From Eledone cirrhosa (Eukaryota), in the NCBI GenBank assembly GCA_964016885.1, contig OZ024741.1, forward strand, positions 412,858,001 through 412,922,000: a DNA stretch of 64,000 nt. The letters are read 5' to 3'. Position numbers and translations under genes: made by a program. Within the stretch, counting starts at the first letter, position 1, and each line of letters starts with the position of its first letter. This document shows, piece after piece, positions 1 to 10,029 of this stretch. A model generated the notes under the pieces. The model made no database searches, was not told the DNA's origin, and was given only the letters and a program-made list of their open reading frames with translations.

Positions 1-2
1 AC

Positions 3-1601
3 CTCGTCGGATTGTACTTGCTCAAGGAGCTCAACGAGCAGCTCCCACACCTCAGAGGTGGGCTATACCGTGACGACGCATTGTTTACTGTGGACTTTAA
101 ACGGCACAACCTAGAAAGAACTAGAAAGGACCTTTATATATTCTTCAAGAATTTTAACCTATCAATAACTATGGATAGAAATAGTAAGGTAGTCAACTTT
201 CTAGATGCCACACTAGACCTAGATAAGTTAGAATATGCACCGTACCATAAACCTAACGAAAGGCTGACATATGTCAATGCCAGCTCCAACCACCCAGGCT
301 CAGTCCTCAAAGCAATAGTTAAAGGAGTATCTAGTAGGATTAGTGGACTATCTAGCAGCGTGACCGCATTTGAAGCGAACGCGGAATATTACAATAAGGC
401 GCTAGCTGGGTCAGGGCACAAAGATAAACTCCATTATGTTGAGACAGGCGGCACCACCCCGCCACCCCAACCCAGCACTGTAATCACGCACAATATGTCC
501 ATGGGAGTTGGAAGGAGAGCTAGAAAGACGAATAGGGACAATAGGAAGTTAGATAAGAACAACAACACTCGCAACGCAGACACGGATAGGGCCCACACGC
601 CTGGTAAGCGCTATGCCGCCCCGAGCAAGTCCAACAGTGAAAACGGGGGACAGAGGCCTAGGAGACTCGAGACCAACGCACATACCACTGGGAGCACAGC
701 AACCACACCTGGTAGAACCCGTAATAATATAGACGAAGAGAGGGTAAGCAGCATAGGGGATAGGAAACGCAGTGGAAGGAATAGAAGACGTGATAGTACC
801 TTCTTTAACCCGCCCTTCAACTCTAATGTTACTACAGACCTCCCCAAATCTGTTTTCTCTTTAATAGATAAGAACTTCCCCCCGGGTAGTAGGTACGGTA
901 GTGTCATCAATAAGAATACTGTCAAGCTATCGTACTCTACAACCCCTAATCTGGCCTCACACCTAGCTAAGACCAATAAGAGTAAGATTAAAGAGGGACT
1001 TAAGGCCATCCGAAATAGTGAACCACGCCAGTACACACGACAACACGGGACCAACCCACTGAGTGAAAGACCCAGGGGGATAATAGGCAATAGAACCGGT
1101 TCCACTAGGCAGCCCCGCGGCCGCTTGGAGGGACATGCACCCCTGATTGAGGAGCATGACCCTACTAAAAAGTGTAATTGCAGAAGGAAGGACAAATGCC
1201 CACTAGCTGGACACTGCCTTATTAGGAACGTGGTATATGCTTGTAACGTAACCACAGGCACGTATACTAAGACGTATGTGGGATCAACCGCTAACGAGTT
1301 CAAGACGAGGTTCAACGCCCACCAGCATAGCTTCCGATATGAGAAGCTTAAAAATACCACGTCGTTAGCGGGGCATATACATAGCTTAAAACAAACAAAA
1401 ACCCCCTACACACTAAGCTGGAGATGCCTTACTAAAGCTCCTCCATATAGCTCGTTGAGCAGGTGTTGTAGCCTGTGCCTATCTGAATCTCATGCCATAG
1501 TATTCTCAGGACTCAACTTTCTCAACAGGAGATCAGAAATCTTCTCGTCCTGCCCCCATACCATACTTAGCTCTTTCTTTTTCTTCAGACCAGACACATA
1601 G
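3..1601 (+). CDS. Penelope-like element A polyprotein, 5' end outside the window: RT C-terminal half, long linker, GIY-YIG endonuclease (Hydra-clade-like, tentative)
   Basis: Uninterrupted frame. RT motifs LVGLYLL...GGLYRDD, VNFLDATLDL and YVNASSNHP; CNCRRKDKCPLAGHC linker; GIY-YIG-type NVVYAC...TYVGST...FKTRFNAH; C-terminal CSLC...CPH. Confidence 0.9.
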   Translation, partial: LVGLYLLKELNEQLPHLRGGLYRDDALFTVDFKRHNLERTRKDLYIFFKNFNLSITMDRNSKVVNFLDATLDLDKLEYAPYHKPNERLTYVNASSNHPGSVLKAIVKGVSSRISGLSSSVTAFEANAEYYNKALAGSGHKDKLHYVETGGTTPPPQPSTVITHNMSMGVGRRARKTNRDNRKLDKNNNTRNADTDRAHTPGKRYAAPSKSNSENGGQRPRRLETNAHTTGSTATTPGRTRNNIDEERVSSIGDRKRSGRNRRRDSTFFNPPFNSNVTTDLPKSVFSLIDKNFPPGSRYGSVINKNTVKLSYSTTPNLASHLAKTNKSKIKEGLKAIRNSEPRQYTRQHGTNPLSERPRGIIGNRTGSTRQPRGRLEGHAPLIEEHDPTKKCNCRRKDKCPLAGHCLIRNVVYACNVTTGTYTKTYVGSTANEFKTRFNAHQHSFRYEKLKNTTSLAGHIHSLKQTKTPYTLSWRCLTKAPPYSSLSRCCSLCLSESHAIVFSGLNFLNRRSEIFSSCPHTILSSFFFFRPDT

Positions 1602-2548
1602 CCCTGACACCACCCAGTCCTGCACTTGGCGGCCCCGCTGGCGAACAGGGTGCTCTTTAGTAACCCCGTCCGCATGGATGCCTCGGCTCCCCGATTGGCG
1701 ATGGGGACTCTGGTGAGGAACAGACGACCCTGTGTCCCACTTGCCAACCTGGGATTGGTGGCAACATTGTTGCTGGGAACCCCGGGGACAGCTGATGCCT
1801 GCGATGTAGGACATTGTGAGTGCCTGGAACCACGTTGACTAATCTGGGAAGGTGCCGTCGGAGATGTATGTCAACAAACTCGAGAACATGCTTAGGGAAA
1901 CAGTAACAAAACACCCAATATGGCGGCCGCTCCCTGCCTATAGCCACTCACCCCATCCCCTCCCTTAGTAAACCCCCGCCCAAATAGATGCCCTTCCCCA
2001 TTCTTTTGAGTTGGTTCTTTATTATCAGTGATTAGTTCTTTACTAATAGGAATTTTTTGTATTTCACCACAGTCAACTTAATGGGCTTGGAGAGTTGACT
2101 CCCTTGAAGTCTGACCACTCGATAAGTTAGGGGTTGTGCCTCTTGAACAGGGGTGTGTATAGCTGGTCTACCTGCTGTCTGCTACTACCCGAGACTGGAC
2201 ACGGTCGTAGCCACAGGCCAGCGCGTGCGCGATAGCATAGAGTGTATATTTTCTGCTAGTCACCCCGTGTAATACGATACCCTAAGATTCCATGCATGAG
2301 ATTCACCGAAGCATGCGCAGTCTTAACCGAGCAAACATCACGGACGCTCTATCTCAAAATTATTTTTGAAAAGCATTAGAAATGCGCAACCGGGAAAACT
2401 TAAAACCAAAACTGAATAGTAACCAATACAATTACTAATTCTCACTTATTCCTAATTAAACTATTTTTCAGTGTGAACAATTTGTCAGCGTTTTCTATTC
2501 CGTTTACCAATATATAATAACTTGTGTGTTACACCTCTATTCTTTTAA
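1602..2548 (+). mobile_element. 3' UTR/terminal region of PLE A, ending at (TA)n
   Basis: Continuous non-repetitive sequence from the stop codon to the (TA)n tract at ~2549. Bases 2329-2512 recur at 25754-25938. Confidence 0.55.
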
Positions 2549-2697
2549 ATATATATATATATATATATGGAAAGTTATATTTAAATTGTTGTGTTACAAC
2601 TAGTAAATATTTATAACTGATATAAAAGCACTCGACAAATATTTGGAGTATATTTACAATATTAAATAAATGGAAACTATATTTATAAAACCATATT

Positions 2698-2763
2698 TAT
2701 TTCATTATATATATTTCAGGGATAACATATTAACAATATACTATGCCTTCCTCAGACAAAATA
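2698..2763 (-). ncRNA. Type I hammerhead ribozyme in left arm of PLE B
   Basis: Minus strand: tattttgt-CTGAGGA-agg...cct-GAAA-tatata-TA-atgaaata. Confidence 0.8.
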
Positions 2764-3661
2764 CAATATAAACAGTTTTATAGATAAATAGATTCGACAT
2801 ACCGTAACAACATCTACTTGCATTTGAGAAGGTTGATTTGGTTGTGACAAAATTGTACACAGAGATAAAGAAAGAGAGAGAGAAAGAGAGAAAAAGAGAG
2901 AAAAAAGGAAAGAAAGACAGAAAACGAAGAAAAAGAAAAAGAAGAAATGCATGGAACAAAATAGAGAGATGGAAAGATAGATAAAGAGAAGAACTTCATG
3001 TAAAGAAACAGAAAGAGATATATATATATAGAGAGAGAGGAAATAGAGATAGATACATATATAGAAAGCTAGGTAGTGGGACGACTGTTGAATAACGTAT
3101 CAATGATACATTTATTTATTTATTTATTTATTTAGCTCTAGTATTAATGTAAGGGAAATATATGGAGGGAAAACCAGCTGTTATATAGGGAAAGAAAAAA
3201 TATAGAGAGAGAAAAAAAAGAGAGAGAGAGAAAATTCAAAAATATCCAGACACAGGCGAGGCGTAACAACCTGTTTTAATGTAGAGGTATTAGTATTTAC
3301 AAAACCAGCCTCTGCATTGCAAATATCAGTATTCCTGAATGAGATATGTATCCACAGTGTGAGAAAATTAATGATCTTATGTTTAGTTTTTTAAAAAATT
3401 CATATGTTTATGTGATAATTACAAACATCTATGTGAATGTACATGATCAATTCTGCAAACCCTAAGTTCACGGAAAGTATTCTCAATGCGGTATAAAAAT
3501 TTAAGTATACATATATGTGTATATAGAGTCAATATTACTATTTCTGTCTCTACTCTACAAGATTATCTATCAAGCAAAGATAGAGCAGATTTCAATATAC
3601 TAATAAAAATAAAAATAAAAATATATCGGAAACAAAACTAAACTAAAAATAACAATAATAA

Positions 3662-3853
3662 TTGTTTCTACATTTGGCACAAGGCCAGCAATTACCCAGT
3701 ACATTACTGGTACTTTATTTTATCGACCCCGTAAGGATGAAAGGCAAAGTTAACCTCGGCGGGATTTGAACTCAGACTGTAAAGGGACGTAACTATGCTG
3801 GAACCTCTACCGATACTGTCCAACCCTCTACCGATACTGCCAATTCACCGCCC
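3662..3853 (-). mobile_element. tRNA-derived SINE (Nin/Deu-domain-like) inserted in left arm of PLE B
   Basis: B-box GAGTTCAAATC and GCCTTTCATCCTTACGGGGTCGATAAAATAAAGTACCAG segment. 17-bp TSD aaaaataacaataataa (3645-3661/3854-3870). The right arm has the empty site near 7100-7120. Confidence 0.88.
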
Positions 3854-4855
3854 AAAAATAACAATAATAATAATAAGTAATAATAAAATAGAAAACTAAG
3901 AAATATTACGAAAGAATATTACATATTAAAAATATTACATATTAAAAAATTTACATATTAAAAATATTAAAAATAAAAATTAGGAAATACTACAGTAATA
4001 AAAATAAAATAAACCACAAAGATCAACCCTTCAAAATTAATTGACAATATATTGCCAAGTTCATTATAAACATCAGAGTCGAAAAACAGATAAAGCGAAA
4101 AATTATCTATCAAATCGCATCTAGCAAAGATCATTTCAAAAAGTATAGGATGCCCCATTTGGTCTACATGTGTTCTTATATTTAATATAGAAGTTTATCT
4201 AGTGTAACGTTTTTTCGAAATATTTGGAGCATCAACTTTTAGGATAGCTTAATTTTTCATGAAGAATGTTTAAATAAATAAAATAAAAATAAAAAGAGTA
4301 AAAAGAGAATCAAAGATTTATCGGCTAGTTTCCCATATAATTATAAATCAAACTAAATATACTACATTTTAAATTTAAATTTATATTTAAACGTTGAGTT
4401 TAATCTATGTTTGCAACAACTGAATAAATTTGTCCGTAGATTAAGGGAATTTTTAGATTTTAGTATAAAGAATATCTCCTCTGCGCAGAGGTCACATGTC
4501 TCAGAGGATGAATTAAAAGGAATCCCTCTTGAGACTATATTCCAAGCCGTCGAATATCTAACGTTATCTAGCTTAAGTTGCCATAGTACGCCTGATAGTG
4601 CCGTTGAAGATTTTTTACTTGGATCTGTGAAAGAATTCTTGTGGTTATTATAGCGAAGTTTAAATTCCGTCGATGTGGAACCGACGTAGTTAAAAGAATT
4701 AGAGTCAGTATTAACATTACAATTGTATACTATATTTTTAACTAAGCAGTTGTTATTTAACGGACATTTAGATCTATCTCTACAGTTACATTTGTTAACT
4801 TGTATATTATTTATGCTGTTATCACTAGGTTTTAAGTTCCTATTAGCTTGAGAAA

Positions 4856-6611
4856 ATGAATGTTGAAGCATCTTGTATAATGCACGAGTTGGAAATTGAG
4901 AACAGAACACAACCTTTCGTGCCCAGGAAACCGAAGATCAATATGAAAGATCACAAGCGGAATTTTGAAAATGACCTGCCAGTTAGATTGATCGCACCAT
5001 CAAAATCGGACCTGGGCAAATTAAGCAAAAACATTCTTGACAGGGTGATACAGCAAATTAAGAACTTGGATTGTTTATCTAACCTGAGCTTGTGGAAGGG
5101 AACTGGAGAAGTCGTTGAGTGGTTTAAGCAAATTAAATATAACAATAATAATAAGTTTATTCAACTTGATATAGCTAACTATTATTCTTCTATTACCCCT
5201 AATCTACTAAATAAGGCACTAAATTACGCATTCAAACATACTGACCTAACTAGCAATGAAATGCATATTATATTATCGGCTAGGAAAACTTTGATAGAAT
5301 TTAATGACCAACTATGGACCAGAGCAGATAGAGATAGCAATTTTGACATTACTATGGGATCATCCGACTCAGCCCAGGTAACTGACCTTGTGGGTTTATT
5401 TTTAATCAATTCGCTACATAGGAAAATACCCGGTACTACCGGAGGTTTATATAGAGACGACATGCTTTTACTTATTGATAATAATAACTCTGAACTAAAT
5501 AGAAAATGTAAACAAATTACACAATTTTTTAATTACTTTAATCTTAAAATAGAAATTGAAAACAACCATAGAATAGTCAATTTCCTAGATATAACATTAA
5601 ATCTCAACACATGTCTTCACTATCCTTTTCACAAGTTGAATGAAAACTTAAACTATGTAAACTTTAACTCTAACCACCCCAGATCTGTCAAAAACACTAT
5701 AGTAAACTCTGTCCAAAAACGTATCTCTAGGATCTCGTCGAATAGAAAGATTTTCGACGAAAAAGCCCAATACTACAATGAAGCATTAGCTAGAGCAGGA
5801 TATGCTGATAAGATTGTGTACATAGATAATGATAGACAAACTAAACAAAGTAACAACTTTTTAAATTACGGCAACATCCTTAACAACTATAATAGAAAGC
5901 ATTACAATAATTCCAAAGGCCAAAAAAGAAATAGAACTAGGAACATAATTTGGTTTGCCCCCCCCTTTCTCACTAAACATTAAAACCCACATCGCTAAAC
6001 TATTTTTTAAAGCTCTTGATAATCGCTTCCCTAGAACACATAGATATCACTCAATTTTCAATAGACATACAATTAAATTAACCTACTCATCCACCAAAAC
6101 TTTAGCACAAAATATCAATAGAATAAATAATAGGAACTTAAAACCTAGTGATAACAGCATAAATAATATACAAGTTAACAAATGTAACTGTAGAGATAGA
6201 TCTAAATGTCCGTTAAATAACAACTGCTTAGTTAAAAATATAGTATACAATTGTAATGTTAATACTGACTCTAATTCTTTTAACTACGTCGGTTCCACAT
6301 CGACGGAATTTAAACTTCGCTATAATAACCACAAGAATTCTTTCACAGATCCAAGTAAAAAATCTTCAACGGCACTATCAGGCGTACTATGGCAACTTAA
6401 GCTAGATAACGTTAGATATTCGACGGCTTGGAATATAGTCTCAAGAGGGATTCCTTTTAATTCATCCTCTGAGACATGTGACCTCTGCGCAGAGGAGATA
6501 TTCTTTATACTAAAATCTAAAAATTCCCTTAATCTACGGACAAATTTATTCAGTTGTTGCAAACATAGATTAAACTCAACGTTTAAATATAAATTTAAAT
6601 TTAAAATGTAG
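4856..6611 (+). pseudogene. PLE B RT + GIY-YIG ORF, 5'-truncated, with one +1 frameshift in a C8 run (~5958-5965)
   Basis: PVRLIAPSKS, FIQLDIANYYSSI, FDITMGSSDSAQVTDLVGL, GGLYRDD, CNCRDRSKCPL, NIVYNC...YVGST, CDLC...CKH. Removing one C restores WFAPPFSLNIK. Confidence 0.9.
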
Positions 6612-8004
6612 TATATTTAGTTTGATTTATAATTATATGGGAAACTAGCCGATAAATCTTTGATTCTCTTTTTACTCTTTTTATTTTTATTTTATTTATT
6701 TAAACATTCTTCATGAAAAATTAAGCTATCCTAAAAGTTGATGCTCCAAATATTTCGAAAAAACGTTACACTAGATAAACTTCTATATTAAATATAAGAA
6801 CACATGTAGACCAAATGGGGCATCCTATACTTTTTGAAATGATCTTTGCTAGATACGATTTGATAGATAATTTTTGGCTTTATCTGTTTTTCGACTCTGA
6901 TGTTTATAATGAACTTGGCAATATATTGTCAATTAATTTTGAAGGGTTGATCTTTGTGGTTTATTTTATTTTTATTACTGTAGTATTTCCTAATTTTTAT
7001 TTTTAATATTTTTAATATGTAAATTTTTTAATATGTAATATTTTTAATATGTAATATTCTTTCGTAATATTTCTTAGTTTTCTATTTTATTATTACTTAT
7101 TATTATTATTGTTATTTTTAGTTTAGTTTTGTTTACGATATATTTTTATTTTTATTTTTATTAGTATATTGAAATCTGCTCTATCTTTGCTTGATAGATA
7201 ATCTTGTAGAGTAGAGACAGAAATAGTAATATTGACTCTATATACACATATATGTATACTTAAATTTTTATACCGCATTGAGAATACTTTCCGTGAACTT
7301 AGGGTTTGCAGAATTGATCATGTACATTCACATAGATGTTTGTAATTATCACATAAACATATGAATTTTTTAAAAAACTAAACATATGATCATTAATTTT
7401 CACACACTGTGGATACATATCTCATTCAGGAATACTGATATTTGCAATGCAGAGGCTGGTTTTGTAAATACTAATACCTCTACATTAAAACAGAGGTTGT
7501 TACGCCTCGCCTGTGTCTGGATATTTTTGAATTTTCTCTCTCTCTCTTTTTTTTCTCTCTCTATATTTTTTCTCTCCCTATATAACAGCTGGTTTTCCCT
7601 CCATATATTTCCCTTACATTAATACTAGAGCTAAATAAATAAATAAATAAATAAATGTATCATTGATACGTTATTCAACAGTCGTCCCACTACCTAGCTT
7701 TCTATATATGTATCTATCTCTATTTCCTCTCTATATATATATATATATATCTCTTTCTGTTTCTTTACATGAAGTTCTTCTCTTTATCTATCTTTCCATC
7801 TCTCTATTTTGTTCCATGCATTTCTTCTTTTTCTTTTTCTTCGTTTTCTGTCTTTCTTTCCTTTTTTCTCTCTTTTTCTCTCTTTCTCTCTCTCTTTCTT
7901 TATCTCTGTGTACAATTTTGTCACAACCAAATCAACCTTCTCAAATGCAAGTAGATGTTGTTACGGTATGTCGAATCTATTTATCTATAAAACTGTTTAT
8001 ATTG

Positions 8005-8070
8005 TATTTTGTCTGAGGAAGGCATAGCATATTGTTAATATGTAATCCCTGAAATATATATAATGAAATA
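8005..8070 (+). ncRNA. Type I hammerhead ribozyme near 3' end of PLE B
   Basis: Stem I tattttgt/atgaaata; core CTGAGGA 8013-8019; stem II agg..gcatatt-gtt-aatatgt..cct; GAAA 8051-8054; palindromic minimal stem III ATATATAT. Predicted cleavage after 8062. Confidence 0.82.
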
Positions 8071-8107
8071 AATATGGTTTTATAAATATAGTTTCCATTT
8101 ATTTAAT

Positions 8108-8111
<4 letters not shown>

Positions 8112-8205
<94 letters not shown>

Positions 8206-8209
8206 CATC

Positions 8210-8257
<48 letters not shown>

Positions 8258-8266
8258 TATATATAC

Positions 8267-8297
<31 letters not shown>

Positions 8298-8298
8298 A

Positions 8299-8336
<38 letters not shown>
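8112..8336. repeat. (TA)n microsatellite
   Basis: Visible directly in the sequence. Confidence 0.97.
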
Positions 8337-8342
<6 letters not shown>

Positions 8343-8590
8343 GTGAGGTTTTTTTTTTACAAAATGAAAAATAACCGAGGTGTCCTACACGAGTGAAAGT
8401 ATAAAGAAAAAGAGATGAAATCGAAAATGCAACTGGAGTCTTATTTTTTTTAAAAATATATATATTTATTTGGTTCCTTACCTTACCATACCACTATACC
8501 ACTACTAAACCATACCATACCACTACTAAACCACACTATACCACTATACCACTACTAAACCATACCACTATACTACTACTAAACCATACC

Positions 8591-8659
<69 letters not shown>

Positions 8660-8786
8660 CATATATACATATATATATACATATATATACATATATTATA
8701 TATACATATATATACATATATATATACATATATATATATATAAGCCCTCTTTGGATTTTAGTCTTCAAATTAATCATTATTTCTAT

Positions 8787-8870
8787 TACGGGGTCGATAA
8801 AATAAAGTACCAGTAATACACTGGGTATTTGCTGGCCTTGTGCCTAACGTAGAAACAATTACTATTATTA
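8787..8870 (+). mobile_element. 3' fragment of Nin-like SINE
   Basis: ttacggggtcgataaaataaagtaccag...gtagaaacaatt matches the 3662-3853 family. Confidence 0.75.
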
Positions 8871-8902
8871 TTACTATATATATATATATATATATATACA
8901 TA

Positions 8903-9836
8903 TACGGAAAAGATGAAACGAAATTTCATTTCCCACTCTTAGTACGGTTGTTACTTAAATATAAGTATGTATGTACACGTACATACATATATGTATACAG
9001 ACGTACAGTAGTATGTATATATATATACATACATGCACACATATATATATGTACGTATGGATTCACCGAACATTTATTATAATGCTCGGTGTATTTGTAA
9101 AAAAACAAACATCCCGTATTAAGCCGTAGTGTCCAGCAACCATCGTTGCTCATGTGTTCAACACTGACAAAGGAACGCTGTACTAGTTTCAAGCTTATTA
9201 GCTATCGTCAGCAAAGTATACCTTCCTGCCAGATAGTTGAACGTCAGAAAGTATATACTTTCCTTGTGCATATTAACGGCTGAGTAGCCCAATTTGCATA
9301 TCGAGTGGGTTAATCGGCCGGGTGCACCGAAAACGATAAACGGAAAAAATGAAACGAAATATCATTTCCCACTCTTAGTACGGCTGTTACTTAAATATAA
9401 GTATGTATACGTACATACATATATGTATACAGACGTACAGTAGTATGTATATATATATATATATACATACATGCACACATATATATATGTACGTATGGAT
9501 TCACCGAACATTTATTATAATGCTAGGTGTGCTTGTAAACAAACATCCCGTATTAAGCCGTAGTGTCTAGCAACCACTGTTGCTCGTTTGTTCAACACTG
9601 ACAAAGGAACGCTGTACTAGTTTCAAGCTTGTTAGTCAGTGTTGAACAAACGAGCAACCACTGTTGCTAGACACTACGGCTTAATACGGGATGTTTGTTT
9701 ACAAACACACCGAGCATTATAATAAATGTTTGGTGAATCCATACGTACATATATATATGTGTGCATGTATGTATATATATATACATACTACTGTACGTCT
9801 GTATACATATATGTATGTACGTGTACATACTTATAT
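8903..9836 (-). mobile_element. Non-coding HHR-bearing tandem element (retrozyme / non-autonomous PLE): ~1.7 tandem 434-nt units plus an inverted 5' arm (9636-9836)
   Basis: tactagtttcaagctt at 9181 and 9615 (period 434). 9636-9836 is the reverse complement of ~9395-9602. Flanked by (TA)n; no real ORF. Confidence 0.8.
9175..9217 (-). ncRNA. Minimal type I hammerhead ribozyme
   Basis: actttg-CTGACGA-t-agct-aata-agct-t-GAAA-CTAG-TA-cagcgt, with palindromic stem III ACTAGT. Confidence 0.82.
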
Positions 9837-9837
9837 T

Positions 9838-9896
<59 letters not shown>

Positions 9897-10029
9897 CATA
9901 CATAAAACGGGTCTGATGGTGATACATGTTATCAACAAGACATTCAGTAAAGTCAGTTGTTTATAAACAAATCTTTTCTAATATTTCTGGAACTCTTTCA
10001 CAATATCTGGAGATTTAGTCACAGAACCC

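Larger units (their letters stand above)
2567..8113. mobile_element. PLE B composite insertion with large inverted repeat (arms ~2655-4845 and 6128-8113) around a unique RT segment
   Basis: ORF 4362-4910(-) duplicates the GIY-YIG part of 5955-6611(+). The 3' UTRs are near-identical reverse complements, and both ends abut (TA)n. Confidence 0.93.

Noticed and set aside
1785-1825. CTGATGC-hairpin-GACA as a hammerhead in PLE A 3' UTR
   Set aside because: Two core positions are wrong and stem I cannot form.
4362-4910. Stand-alone GIY-YIG nuclease gene, or an N-terminal-endonuclease (Naiad-type) PLE
   Set aside because: It is the inverted copy of the C-terminal endonuclease of PLE B; its start codon comes from antisense RT sequence.
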